64,000 nt of DNA, taken from sequence record NZ_CP110908.1, one strand, 5' to 3'. Of the stretch, positions 47,145-57,364 are shown piece by piece. Under the pieces are notes generated by a model. That model made no database searches and was not told the origin of the DNA. It was given only the letters and a program-made list of their open reading frames with translations. Origin of the DNA: a plasmid. Made by a program: the position numbers and the translations under genes. Every line of letters starts with the position of its first letter. Position 1 is the first letter of the stretch.

Positions 47145-48007
47145 GCTTAGTCAGCCGTTGTCTCCGGGTGTCGCGTGCGCAGTTGCACGTAATTCTCAGA
47201 CGAACCGATGACTGGAAAGATGGTCGCCGCAGCCGTCACTCAGATGATACGGATGTGCTTCTCCGTATACACCATGTTATCGGAGAGCTGCCCACGTATG
47301 GTTATCGTCGGGTATGGGCGCTGCTTCGCAGACAGGCCGAACTTGATGGTATGCCTGCGATCAATGCCAAACGTGTTTACCGGATCATGCGCCAGAATGC
47401 GCTGTTGCTTGAGCGAAAAACCGCTGTACCGCCATCGAAACGGGCACATACTGGCAAAGTGGCCGTGAAAGAAAGCAATCAACGATGGTGCTCTGACGGG
47501 TTCGAGTTCCGCTGTGATAACGGAGAAAAACTGCGAGTCACGTTCGCGCTGGACTGCTGTGACCGTGAGGCACTGCACTGGGCAGTCACTACGGGCGGCT
47601 TCGACAGTGAAACAGTACAGGACGTAATGCTGGGAGCGGTGGAACGCCGCTTCGGCAACGAGCTTCCGGCGTCTCCAGTAGAGTGGCTGACGGATAATGG
47701 TTCATGCTACCGGGCTAATGAAACACGGCAGTTTGCCCGGATGTTGGGGCTTGAACCGAAGAACACGGCGGTGCGGAGTCCGGAGAGTAACGGCATAGCA
47801 GAGAGCTTCGTGAAAACGATAAAGCGTGACTACATCAGTATCATGCCTAAACCAGACGGGTTAACGGCAGCAAAGAACCTTGCAGAGGCGTTCGAGCATT
47901 ATAACGAATGGCATCCGCATAGTGCACTGGGTTATCGCTCGCCACGGGAATATCTGCGGCAGCGGGCCAGTAATGGGTTAAGTGATAACAGGTGTCTGGA
48001 ACTATAG
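47102..48007 (+). CDS. insD: IS2 OrfB (InsD, expressed as an OrfAB fusion by -1 frameshift)
   Basis: DDE transposase (...WCSDGFEF...[11 protein letters not shown]...). Matches InsD. Confidence 0.85.
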
Positions 48008-48322
48008 GGGCAAATCCAGATCCTATTGAAGGTGAAGTGAGTCAGGCTCTTTCTCTTTATAAAATTGCATTGATAAAAACCAATTACCGCAATTTTTGGC
48101 ATCGTCTGTTATGTAAATTAAGGGATAAAGAAGCACTTGAAAACGAATGTATTCTTGTCAAACAGGAAATACGATGTAGAGATGTCATCAATCAGTCCGA
48201 TGCACACAGAGAAATGCTAAAAATTCTTATAAGTCAACAACCCTCGGATATCCGTCAACGAGATCAGTTTAGCCGATTACTTGAACCTTCATCAACCAAT
48301 GCACTCTATAGAGAACATAGTG

Positions 48323-48676
48323 ATGACAAATAAATCAGGGGCCAACGGGCATTACGGCTATCTTTTTGAAGAGCCGGTAGATGAAATATCTGGTGATATC
48401 CTTATCGATTTAGAAAATCTACCGCCAGAGATGAAGCAGACTATTCTCTTGCTCGTGAAAAATGCAGCTGACCGTGATGCGGCGCAGAAAGCGCTGTCCG
48501 ACATAATGAAGCAAATTGAGTTTGATGTAACCGCTGCTGATTTGCAGCATATCTTTTTAAACCAGGTAACGCTTAAAGATCAGCATGGGAAAAAGGGGAC
48601 CGAACCACCCCGGAACGATCCCCTGAAGGAATGGCAATTCCGTTCACCGCCAATATTAGCTTTTTCCGGGCTGTGA
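48323..48676 (+). CDS. Hypothetical protein (117 aa), translationally coupled (ATGACAAATAA overlap) to the IS2-disrupted gene
   Basis: ORF in an AT-rich islet. No family recognised. Confidence 0.4.
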   Translation: MTNKSGANGHYGYLFEEPVDEISGDILIDLENLPPEMKQTILLLVKNAADRDAAQKALSDIMKQIEFDVTAADLQHIFLNQVTLKDQHGKKGTEPPRNDPLKEWQFRSPPILAFSGL

Positions 48677-48712
48677 TAACATATCCGGGTGATTTTTCAG
48701 AGCTCAGGACTG

Positions 48713-49651
48713 ATGAAGAAGAAATCCGGTACACCCACACCCCATGACGCGACATTTCGCCAGTTCCTGGCGAATCCCGATGTCGCCCGTGACTTCATGA
48801 TGTTACATCTCCCGGCTGAATTACGCGCGCTGTGCGATTTGACCACGCTGAAGCTGGAGTCCGGTACCTTCGTTGAGGACGACTTACGTCAGTACGCCAG
48901 CGACATTCTCTGGAGCATGAAAACCACCACCGGCGATGACGGGTACATCCATCTGCTTCTGGAACACCAGAGTTCGGCGGATAAAAATATGGCCTTTCGT
49001 CAGCTCAGATATGCTGTCGCCGCCATGCAACGTCATCTTGAAGCGGGTCATAAAAAACTGCCGCTGGTCATCCCGGTTCTGTTTTACCACGGCAGCCGGA
49101 GTCCGTACCCGTTCTCCACGAACTGGCTGGATTGTTTCAGTAACCCGGAACAGGCCGGAAAAGTATACACGACAGGATTCCCGCTGGTTGATGTCACCGT
49201 CATCGATGATGATGAGATAATGAACCACAGACGGATGGCCGCACTGACCCTGCTGATGAAACATATCCGCCAGCGGGACATGATGGAACTGCTGGACAGG
49301 CTACCCCGGGTGATGGTGGAATGGATTTCCCCCGAACAGGTCCGCGTTCTGATAAACTACATGTTAAATGCAGGCGAAGCGCCTGCACCGGAATTTATGC
49401 GGGCGCTGGCAGAGCGTCTGCCGCAACACGAGGATGAACTGATGACCATCGCACAACAGCTTGAACAGATTGGCATCGAGAAGGGCCTGCAGCAGGGCCT
49501 GCAGTTAGGTGAGCAACGCGGTATTGAAAAAGGCCGCAATGAAGGCAAACTCGAAGTTGCCCGCACCATGCTCCAGAACGGTATCGACCGCAGTACCGTC
49601 ATGAAAATGACCGGTCTGACTGAAGACGATCTGGCGCAGATCCGCCACTAA
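48713..49651 (+). CDS. rpn: Rpn-family recombination-promoting nuclease (YhgA-like, PD-(D/E)xK)
   Basis: ...PHDATFRQFLANPDVARDF...LLEHQSSADKNMAFRQLRYAVAAM... and C-terminal EKGxxxG repeats, as in E. coli RpnA. Confidence 0.75.
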   Translation: MKKKSGTPTPHDATFRQFLANPDVARDFMMLHLPAELRALCDLTTLKLESGTFVEDDLRQYASDILWSMKTTTGDDGYIHLLLEHQSSADKNMAFRQLRYAVAAMQRHLEAGHKKLPLVIPVLFYHGSRSPYPFSTNWLDCFSNPEQAGKVYTTGFPLVDVTVIDDDEIMNHRRMAALTLLMKHIRQRDMMELLDRLPRVMVEWISPEQVRVLINYMLNAGEAPAPEFMRALAERLPQHEDELMTIAQQLEQIGIEKGLQQGLQLGEQRGIEKGRNEGKLEVARTMLQNGIDRSTVMKMTGLTEDDLAQIRH

Positions 49652-49737
49652 TCCCCCTTTCCCGGCACTCCCTGTCCGGCCATCAGCGAATACTGGTGGG
49701 GCAGGGAGGCACCAGACTCAGGCTCTGCCTGCCAGCC

Positions 49738-50532
49738 TCACGCTGTCCGCAGTGATGTCGGGGGATAATGTGTGCTTACCATCAGAAGCGAAGCCTCCTG
49801 CTTTTCAAGTTCGGCTCTGGCGTTTTCCGACAAACCATCATCTGTAATTATTGTATCAAAGGCGTCCAGCGACAATGCCAGCCAGGTCGCCACCTGGCCA
49901 TATTTTGTGGCGTCACAGACCAGTATCCGTTGCCTGCTGGCGTCGGCTATCGCCCGTTTTACCGTCACCTTATCTTCTGCCGGGGTGGAAATGCCCCGGA
50001 CACTCCACGACGAGGCAGAGATAAATGCCTGATCAATCATCAGCCCACGCAACATGGTTGCCGTGGCTTCCCCCACACATGAACGGTTTTCCCGGCAAAC
50101 AGCCCCCCCGGTGTGAATAATTGTGCAACTGCTGTTATCAAGCAGAAAATCTGCGATGACAAAATCATTGGTGACCACGGTAAGAGGTTCTGTTTTAACC
50201 AGATGCTGAGCGATGGCAAGAGTGGTCGTTCCTGCATCCAGATAGATGCAACTGCCGGGCTGAATGAGACTGGCTGCAAGCTTTCCGATCGCTGTTTTTT
50301 GCTTCATTGCCAGTGCTGTTTTCATCTGATGGGAAGGCTCATGCGCCACTCTCCCGGATAACTGAACACCACCAGACACCAGCGTCACGGCCCCCTGCTG
50401 CTCCAGTTTTTGCAAATCCCGGCGAATGGTCATATGCGACACATTTAACCTGTCTATCAGCTCAGCAATACTGACAACGCTTTTTTCAGCAATCATCCCC
50501 AGGATAATTTGTCGACGTTCTGCGGGTATCAA
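49738..50532 (-). CDS. ygbI: DeoR-family transcriptional regulator
   Basis: N-terminal HTH (SIAELIDRLNVSHMTIRRDL) plus DeoR C-terminal sugar-binding domain. Divergent from ygbJ, as in E. coli K-12. Confidence 0.8.
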   Translation of the reverse strand: MIPAERRQIILGMIAEKSVVSIAELIDRLNVSHMTIRRDLQKLEQQGAVTLVSGGVQLSGRVAHEPSHQMKTALAMKQKTAIGKLAASLIQPGSCIYLDAGTTTLAIAQHLVKTEPLTVVTNDFVIADFLLDNSSCTIIHTGGAVCRENRSCVGEATATMLRGLMIDQAFISASSWSVRGISTPAEDKVTVKRAIADASRQRILVCDATKYGQVATWLALSLDAFDTIITDDGLSENARAELEKQEASLLMVSTHYPPTSLRTA

Positions 50533-50725
50533 CTTCAGCTCCTTCCTTTTGACCTGCGGTCATTCTACGTTATTTGTTCGTTATACGTGTATGACCCGTA
50601 TTCTGGATTCACATAAATTAACAGCATATGTTAATTTATGTGACGCGATTCACTAACCAGCTTTCGTTAACTGTATATATTAACAATATAGAACAAAATA
50701 ACACTTAAATTAACAAGGAAAGAAG

Positions 50726-51634
50726 ATGAAAACGGGCTCAGAGTATCATGTCGGTGTTGTTGGTTTAGGTTCAATGGGGATGGGAGCGGCACTGTCATGC
50801 GTGCGCGCCGGTCTGTCCACCTGGGGGGCTGATCTGAACGTCAGAGCATGCGAAACCCTCAAAAAATCAGGGGCATGCGGCGTTTCTGATAACGCAGCAG
50901 TGTTTGCAGAAAAACTGGATGCGCTGCTGTTACTGGTGGTCAACGCGGCTCAGGTGAAGCAGATACTGTTTGGCGATAACGGTGTTGCCCGGCATCTGAA
51001 ACCCGGAACCGTTGTGATGGTTTCCTCCACAATTGCCAGTGCTGATGCACAGGAAATTGCTACAGCCCTGGCGGCATTCGATCTGGATATGCTGGATGCA
51101 CCTGTTTCCGGTGGCGCGATCAAAGCGGCTGACGGGGAAATGACCGTCATGGCTTCCGGCAGTGATAACGCTTTCGCCCGTCTCGAACCAGTCCTGGATG
51201 CTATTGCAGGCAAAGTTTACCGCATTGGTAAAGAACCGGGCCTGGGTGCCACGGTGAAAATAATTCACCAGCTTTTAGCGGGTGTACATATTGCCGCAGG
51301 GGCAGAAGCAATGGCACTGGCCGCACGCGCGGGCATTCCACTGGATGTGATGTATGACGTGGTCACCCACGCTGCCGGCAACTCCTGGATGTTCGAAAAC
51401 CGGATGCGCCACGTTGTTGATGGTGATTACACAGCTAAATCTGCCGTTGATATATTCGTAAAAGATTTAGGGTTAGTGGCCGATACCGCTAAATCACTCC
51501 ACTTCCCGCTGCCCCTGGCATCAACCGCATTCAATATGTTCACTGCAGCCAGTAACGCCGGTTACGGCAAAGAAGATGACAGTGCGGTCATCAAAATTTT
51601 CTCCGGTATCACTCTTCCTGGGAGAAAATCATGA
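50726..51634 (+). CDS. ygbJ: L-threonate dehydrogenase (HIBADH/6PGDH family)
   Basis: GVVGLGSMG Rossmann motif. Operon context (ltnD). Confidence 0.85.
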   Translation: MKTGSEYHVGVVGLGSMGMGAALSCVRAGLSTWGADLNVRACETLKKSGACGVSDNAAVFAEKLDALLLLVVNAAQVKQILFGDNGVARHLKPGTVVMVSSTIASADAQEIATALAAFDLDMLDAPVSGGAIKAADGEMTVMASGSDNAFARLEPVLDAIAGKVYRIGKEPGLGATVKIIHQLLAGVHIAAGAEAMALAARAGIPLDVMYDVVTHAAGNSWMFENRMRHVVDGDYTAKSAVDIFVKDLGLVADTAKSLHFPLPLASTAFNMFTAASNAGYGKEDDSAVIKIFSGITLPGRKS

Positions 51635-52893
51635 TCAAGATTGGTGTTATCGCCGATGACTTTACCGGCGCGACAGACATCGCCAGTTTTCTGGTGGAAA
51701 ACGGGTTATCTGCCGTGCAAATGAACGGGGTGCCAACGGGTGAACTGCCGGAAGACACCGACACGGTGGTTATCAGCCTGAAAACACGTTCCTGTCCAGT
51801 AACCGAAGCCATACAGCAATCGCTTAAGGCTCTTGAGTGGTTACAGCGGCATGGCTGTCGCCAGATCTACTTTAAATACTGCTCCACCTTTGACAGCACA
51901 GCACAGGGTAATATCGGACCGGTTACCGATGCCCTGATGGACGCACTCGAAACACCGTTTACCGTCTTCTCTCCCTCGCTGCCTGTGAATGGTCGCACAG
52001 TGTATCAGGGCTACCTGTTTGTAATGAGTCAGCTGCTGGCTGAATCCGGAATGCGCCACCACCCGGTAAATCCCATGACCGACAGCTATCTTCCCCGGCT
52101 GGCCGAAGCACAGTCAAAAGGGCGCTGTGGCGTGGTTCCGGTCAGCATTCTTGAACAGGGTGCTGACGCCATTCGTCAGGAACTGGCTCGCTTACAGCAG
52201 GCAGGCTGTCGCTATGCCGTTCTTGATGCCCTGACAGAACACCATCTGGAGATCCAGGGCGAAGCCCTGCGTGACGCCCCGCTGGTGACCGGCGGTTCCG
52301 GTCTGGCGATTGGCCTGGCACGACAATGGGCCATACCTGGTCATTCCTCTGTACACGAAACGGTCCGGCCATTCACCGGGCGCGGTGTTGTGCTCTCCGG
52401 CTCCTGCTCGCAGATGACGAACCTGCAGGTGGCTCATTATTGCCGGATAGCCCCATCCCGTGAAGTGGATATTTCCCGTTGTCTCTCCGCAGAAACACTG
52501 GCGCCATACGTTTGTGAACTGGCTGCATGGGTATTACATCAGGAAAGCGATCTTGCCCCACTGGTGTTTGCCACCGCCAGTACCACCGCTCTGGCTGCCA
52601 TCCAACAACAATATGGAGCCCGGAAAGCCAGCCAGGCGGTGGAAGCCCTGTTTTCTCAGCTGGCTGCCCAACTGGCTGCAGACGGTGTCACACGTTTTAT
52701 TGTCGCCGGTGGGGAAACCTCGGGCGTGGTCACGCAGAGCCTCTCAGTCACAGGTTTTCACATCGGCCCGACAATTTCCGCCGGTGTGCCCTGGGTCAAT
52801 GCCCTTGATAAACCGGTTTCACTCGCCCTTAAATCCGGGAATTTCGGGGATGAAGCCTTTTTTTCGCGTGCCCAGAGAGAGTTTCAGCCATGA
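51631..52893 (+). CDS. ygbK: Four-carbon acid sugar kinase (DUF1537; 3-oxo-tetronate kinase)
   Basis: MIKIGVIADDFTGATD N-terminus typical of OtnK/DUF1537. Confidence 0.85.
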   Translation: MIKIGVIADDFTGATDIASFLVENGLSAVQMNGVPTGELPEDTDTVVISLKTRSCPVTEAIQQSLKALEWLQRHGCRQIYFKYCSTFDSTAQGNIGPVTDALMDALETPFTVFSPSLPVNGRTVYQGYLFVMSQLLAESGMRHHPVNPMTDSYLPRLAEAQSKGRCGVVPVSILEQGADAIRQELARLQQAGCRYAVLDALTEHHLEIQGEALRDAPLVTGGSGLAIGLARQWAIPGHSSVHETVRPFTGRGVVLSGSCSQMTNLQVAHYCRIAPSREVDISRCLSAETLAPYVCELAAWVLHQESDLAPLVFATASTTALAAIQQQYGARKASQAVEALFSQLAAQLAADGVTRFIVAGGETSGVVTQSLSVTGFHIGPTISAGVPWVNALDKPVSLALKSGNFGDEAFFSRAQREFQP

Positions 52894-53528
52894 ATGATGC
52901 CGCAAAAAAAGAACAATTCCTGCGGGAGGAAATGATTCGGATCGCCGGCTCTTTCTTTCAGCGCGGCTATGCCACAGGTTCGGCCGGCAATCTGTCCCTG
53001 CTTTTACCCGACGGCAACTTACTGGCAACGCCAACAGGGTCGAGTCTGGGTAATCTTGACCCACAACGGCTTTCCAAAGTGACGCCCGGGGGGGAATGGC
53101 TGAGTGGTGACAAACCGTCCAAAGAGGTGCGCTTCCATCTGGCGCTGTATCAAAACAATCCGGGTTGCAAAGCGGTGGTGCATTTGCACAGCACCTGGTC
53201 AACGGCACTTTCCTGCCTACAGGGGCTGAACAGCAGCAATGTCATCCGCCCTTTTACGCCTTATGTCGTCATGCGGATGGGAAATATCCCACTGATACCC
53301 TATTACCGTCCCGGAGATAAACGCATCGCTCAGGATCTGGCTAAACTGGCCGCCGATCATCAGGCTTTTTTACTGGCAAATCATGGACCGGTTGTCTGTG
53401 GGGAAAGTCTGCAGGAGGCCGCTAACAATATGGAAGAACTGGAGGAAACGGCAAAGTTGATCTTCATCCTCAATGACCGTCCGATCCGGTATCTGACCAC
53501 CGATGAAATTGCTGAGTTAAGGAGCTGA
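52890..53528 (+). CDS. ygbL: Class II aldolase/adducin family (3-oxo-tetronate 4-phosphate decarboxylase)
   Basis: 212 aa. ...HLHSTW... metal-binding His motif. Confidence 0.85.
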   Translation: MNDAAKKEQFLREEMIRIAGSFFQRGYATGSAGNLSLLLPDGNLLATPTGSSLGNLDPQRLSKVTPGGEWLSGDKPSKEVRFHLALYQNNPGCKAVVHLHSTWSTALSCLQGLNSSNVIRPFTPYVVMRMGNIPLIPYYRPGDKRIAQDLAKLAADHQAFLLANHGPVVCGESLQEAANNMEELEETAKLIFILNDRPIRYLTTDEIAELRS

Positions 53529-53532
53529 TACC

Positions 53533-54309
53533 ATGCCACGTTTTGCCGCTAATTTGTCCATGATGTTCACTGAGATCCCCTTTATTGAACGTTTTGCTGC
53601 CGCGCGAAATGCAGGATTTAATGCTGTGGAGTTTCTGTTTCCTTATGATCACTCCCCGCATGAAATCCGGCAGCAACTGACACAAAACAATCTGACGCTT
53701 GTCCTGTTTAATACTGCAGCAGGAAATATCCATGCAGGAGAATGGGGATTATCCGCCCTGCCAGGGCGGGAGAAGGAGGCCCGTACGGATATCGATCGGG
53801 CACTGGAATATGCGCTGGCTCTCAATTGCGAGCAGGTCCACGTCATGGCAGGGGTCGTCCCCACCGGTGAAGATGCAGGCCTGTGTCGTGAGGTCTTTAT
53901 CGACAACCTTCGCTATGCTGCCGAACGCTTTGCACCACACGGTAAACGCGTCCTGATCGAAGCGCTCAGCCCTGGTGTGAAACCTGACTATCTTTTCTCC
54001 AGCCAGTATCAGGCACTGGCGATTGTTAAAGAGGTCTCGCGTCCGAACGTCTTTATCCAGCTGGATACTTTCCATGCTCAAAAAGTGGATGGCAATCTGA
54101 CCCGGTTAATCCGCGATTACGCCGGAAAATATGCCCACGTTCAAATTGCCGGACTTCCTGACCGGCATGAACCGGACGACGGAGAAATTAACTATTCATG
54201 GCTTTTCCGCCTGTTCGATGAGGTGGAATACCCGGGCTGGATTGGGTGTGAGTACACCCCCCGAACCCATACCGAAGCTGGGCTTGGCTGGTTTAACGCC
54301 TGGCGATAA
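53533..54309 (+). CDS. ygbM: Hydroxypyruvate-isomerase-like TIM-barrel (2-oxo-tetronate isomerase)
   Basis: [14 protein letters not shown]... Hyi-family N-terminus. Confidence 0.85.
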   Translation: MPRFAANLSMMFTEIPFIERFAAARNAGFNAVEFLFPYDHSPHEIRQQLTQNNLTLVLFNTAAGNIHAGEWGLSALPGREKEARTDIDRALEYALALNCEQVHVMAGVVPTGEDAGLCREVFIDNLRYAAERFAPHGKRVLIEALSPGVKPDYLFSSQYQALAIVKEVSRPNVFIQLDTFHAQKVDGNLTRLIRDYAGKYAHVQIAGLPDRHEPDDGEINYSWLFRLFDEVEYPGWIGCEYTPRTHTEAGLGWFNAWR

Positions 54310-54394
54310 CGCTTAATTCATTATCACAACGACTCTACATTCCCCCCATCTCCGGATGGGGCAGGTTAACTATAACTTTCAGACAGGGTTTCTC

Positions 54395-55762
54395 ATGTCC
54401 ACTATCACATTGTTATGCATTGCGTTAGCCGGCGTAATCATGCTGTTACTGCTGGTCATTAAGGCAAAAGTTCAGCCTTTCATTGCACTGTTGCTCGTCA
54501 GTCTGGTCGTTGCACTAGCCGCGGGGATCCCGGCGGGTGACGTCAGCAAAGTCATGATCGCCGGAATGGGAGGTGTTCTCGGCTCCGTCACGATTATTAT
54601 CGGCCTTGGCGCAATGTTAGGGCGGATGATAGAGCATTCTGGCGGTGCTGAATCTCTGGCCAACTATTTCAGCCAAAAACTGGGAAGTAAACGCACCATT
54701 GCTGCACTCACCCTGGCCGCATTTTTCCTGGGTATTCCCGTGTTCTTTGATGTCGGGTTTATTATTCTGGCACCGATTATTTACGGTTTTGCCAAAGTAG
54801 CCAGGCTGTCCCCACTTAAATTTGGTTTGCCGGTCGCCGGGATTATGCTGACCGTTCACGTGGCGGTACCTCCTCATCCAGGCCCGGTAGCCGCCGCAGG
54901 GTTACTCCATGCAGATATTGGCTGGCTGACCATTCTCGGTATCGCCATTTCCATTCCGGTCGGTATTGTCGGCTACATTGCAGCCAGAATGATCAATAAA
55001 CGTCAGTACGCGCTGTCCGTTGACGTGCTGGAACAGATGCAACTGACTCCCGCGGCCAGTTCCGGGGAAACCACGAAAATCAGTGACAAAATGAGCCCCC
55101 CAGGTGTGGCGCTGGTTACCGCTCTGATTGTCATTCCAATTGCCATTATTATGGCCGGAACCGTGTCTGCCACGTTAATGCCGGCATCGCATCCGCTGTT
55201 AGGCACGCTACAACTGCTTGGCTCCCCGATGGTGGCGCTGATGATTGCGCTGATACTGGCATTCTGGTTGCTGGCTTTACGTCGGGGCTGGGGTTTACAA
55301 CATACCAGCGACATTATGGGGTCGGCGCTACCCACTGCAGCAGTTGTCATCCTGGTGACGGGGGCGGGGGGCGTATTTGGTAAGGTTCTGGTGGAGTCCG
55401 GCGTGGGTAAGGCCCTTGCCAGTATGCTCCATATGATGGACCTGCCTCTGTTGCCTGCCGCCTTTATCATTTCACTGGCTCTCAGGGCATCACAGGGCTC
55501 AGCGACAGTGGCTATTCTTACTACCGGTGGGCTACTTTCTGAAGCTGTTGTGGGGCTAAATCCGATCCAGTGCGTGCTGGTTACACTGGCTGCCTGCTTT
55601 GGCGGACTTGGGGCATCACATATCAACGACTCTGGTTTCTGGATCGTGACCCGATACCTGGGATTAAGTGTGGCAGATGGACTGAAAACCTGGACCGTAT
55701 TAACCACGATCCTCGGCTTCACAGGCTTCCTGATTACCTGGGGCATATGGGCAGTGGTTTAG
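54395..55762 (+). CDS. ygbN: GntP-family permease
   Basis: MSTITLLCIALAGVIMLLLLVIKAKVQPF... GntP N-terminus. Polytopic membrane protein. Confidence 0.85.
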   Translation: MSTITLLCIALAGVIMLLLLVIKAKVQPFIALLLVSLVVALAAGIPAGDVSKVMIAGMGGVLGSVTIIIGLGAMLGRMIEHSGGAESLANYFSQKLGSKRTIAALTLAAFFLGIPVFFDVGFIILAPIIYGFAKVARLSPLKFGLPVAGIMLTVHVAVPPHPGPVAAAGLLHADIGWLTILGIAISIPVGIVGYIAARMINKRQYALSVDVLEQMQLTPAASSGETTKISDKMSPPGVALVTALIVIPIAIIMAGTVSATLMPASHPLLGTLQLLGSPMVALMIALILAFWLLALRRGWGLQHTSDIMGSALPTAAVVILVTGAGGVFGKVLVESGVGKALASMLHMMDLPLLPAAFIISLALRASQGSATVAILTTGGLLSEAVVGLNPIQCVLVTLAACFGGLGASHINDSGFWIVTRYLGLSVADGLKTWTVLTTILGFTGFLITWGIWAVV

Positions 55763-55884
55763 CGTCAGTAAAAATCAGACACCAGTCAGAATTTTCACGC
55801 CCTGACCAGGAATGGTGAGGGGATGGGCATTCCGGTCACAGTCACCGCTGGTGAGCCACATCGCTTTACCTTTGCAACCTGATG

Positions 55885-55943
55885 TCTGCTCAAAACTTGT
55901 TTTTGAGCAGACGACGGGTTGGGCAAGCCCGCCGGGCGCGTCA
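55885..55943 (+). repeat. 65-bp element, copy 2: hairpin ctgctcaaaacttgtttttgagcag + CGACGGGTTGGGCAAGCCCGCCGGGCGCGTCAG
   Basis: Direct repeat of 45785-45850. Abuts the stop of the resD-like gene. Confidence 0.8.
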
Positions 55944-55960
55944 GGCCGTTATCAAAGGAC

Positions 55961-56752
55961 TCACACTGACCCTTTCAGCATGGCCACCGCATCCGTCTCC
56001 GGCATCTGAAACTGCACCCGGTGCCGCGCCGCCACGTCCAGTGCAAACACCTTCGTGTACACCTCTGTCGAACTGACTGACTTGTGGCCCATCAGGCTCT
56101 GCAGCACCTTCAGCGGGATACCGGCGTACAGCATATGCATGGCGTAGCTGTGACGGAACGTATGCGGTGTCACCGGCACGGAGAACATCACGCCGTCGAC
56201 CGCAGCGATTTCAACCGCTTCATTCAGCCAGGTCCGGACCGTCCGGTCGGTGATCTCCCAGATGCGGGCCTTCTCCGTTCTGCCGGTGCGTTTATTCTTC
56301 CGCTCAAGCGGGATCTTCAGCGTGGCAACCATCATCTCCAGCTGGCTGACATACTGCTGATCAGAAAGCGGTACCAGGCGATGCGCCTGACTGCCTGCAG
56401 GGGCACGGCCTGCCGTTCTGGCTGCTTTCTCCGTGCGCTGTTTCAGGGTGGCCAGTTGCACAAACGGATAAGGCGGCGCGAGCGAAAAATCCCCCCTTGT
56501 CAGGGCCAGGGCTTCGTTGATGCGTGCCCCGGTGTTCCACAACGTCGCCAGCAGCATTTTACGGTGCAGGTCCGGCACATAGTGGAGCAGGGCACTCACT
56601 TCCGGGGCCAGCAGGTATTTCGGCAGTTCATCCTGCACCAGCGCCATCTGACGCAGGACCAGCGCGGCCGGATAATCAATGGCCACCGGCAGATGAACGG
56701 GCTGAACCGGCGAATGCAATGCCGGTCGCTGTACCGGCAGGTTACTGTTCAT
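55961..56752 (-). CDS. resD: Tyrosine site-specific recombinase (F ResD-like multimer-resolution protein)
   Basis: C-terminal ...HTFRHSYAMHML...LMGHKSVSSTEVYTKV... (R-H-R-Y family). Immediately downstream of ccdB, as in F. ATG at 56752. Confidence 0.6.
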   Translation of the reverse strand: MNSNLPVQRPALHSPVQPVHLPVAIDYPAALVLRQMALVQDELPKYLLAPEVSALLHYVPDLHRKMLLATLWNTGARINEALALTRGDFSLAPPYPFVQLATLKQRTEKAARTAGRAPAGSQAHRLVPLSDQQYVSQLEMMVATLKIPLERKNKRTGRTEKARIWEITDRTVRTWLNEAVEIAAVDGVMFSVPVTPHTFRHSYAMHMLYAGIPLKVLQSLMGHKSVSSTEVYTKVFALDVAARHRVQFQMPETDAVAMLKGSV

Positions 56753-57057
56753 CCCGTTCTCCGTTGCCCTGCACCGGGCCATCAGTATCCGGAGCCATCC
56801 GCCAGACGGCCCCGCCGAACTCGGTTCCCCCGACCACCTGCGACCATTCGTCACTGCAGGCCAGGCTTTTCGCCACCACCGCAAAATCCACATGGCTGAG
56901 CGGGGTGTCGCCACGCTCGCCAGGCGTTTCCAGGACCAGACCATCCGGTACCACCGGGCCGGGCGTGCCGGCCAGTCTGGCAGAGCGGCGCCAGAAACTG
57001 CGGATACAGCCCCCCTGTCTCAGGACACTGAGCAGCACCTGTTCGCTGATCCGCATG

Positions 57058-57363
57058 TCAGATCCCCCGGAACATCAGGTTGATGGCGTTCTGGATGTCA
57101 TTCTCCAGGTGGCTGAGATCGGCCACTTCTTCCCCGATGACAGTGGCCGGCACACTGGCCATATCCGTGGTCATCAGACGATAAGGGTCACCTCCGACTG
57201 ACACCACCGGATAAAGCTCACGCGAGACTTTGTCGGACAGCAGGCGGGCGCTGACCAGCGGGATCACCATCCGGCGTCCCGGGGTGTCAATAATGTCACT
57301 CTGCACGTCGACGAACAGACGGTAGCGGCTTTCTCTTTTATAGGCGTAAACCTTAAACTGCAT
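57058..57363 (-). CDS. ccdB: CcdB gyrase poison
   Basis: [54 protein letters not shown]... is near-identical to F CcdB. Confidence 0.9.
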   Translation of the reverse strand: MQFKVYAYKRESRYRLFVDVQSDIIDTPGRRMVIPLVSARLLSDKVSRELYPVVSVGGDPYRLMTTDMASVPATVIGEEVADLSHLENDIQNAINLMFRGI

Positions 57364-57364
57364 A

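Larger units (their letters stand above)
46687..48018 (+). mobile_element. IS2: IS2 (IS3 family), complete, with 5-bp target-site duplication GATCC
   Basis: Ends TAGACTGGCCCCCTGAATCTCC ... GGGGCAAATCCA. Flanking GATCC at 46682-46686 and 48019-48023. Confidence 0.9.
46650..48333 (+). pseudogene. Small AT-rich gene (~116 aa) split by IS2 after codon 13
   Basis: MNDIPFVTFTSDP|IEGEVSQALSLYK... is contiguous once IS2 and one TSD copy are removed. AAAGGA RBS. Confidence 0.6.

Noticed and set aside
55003-55746. 247-aa minus-strand ORF
   Set aside because: Antisense to the GntP permease ygbN.
56084-57201. Two + strand ORFs (271 and 225 aa)
   Set aside because: Antisense to the tyrosine recombinase gene. 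Pro/Arg-rich nonsense translations.
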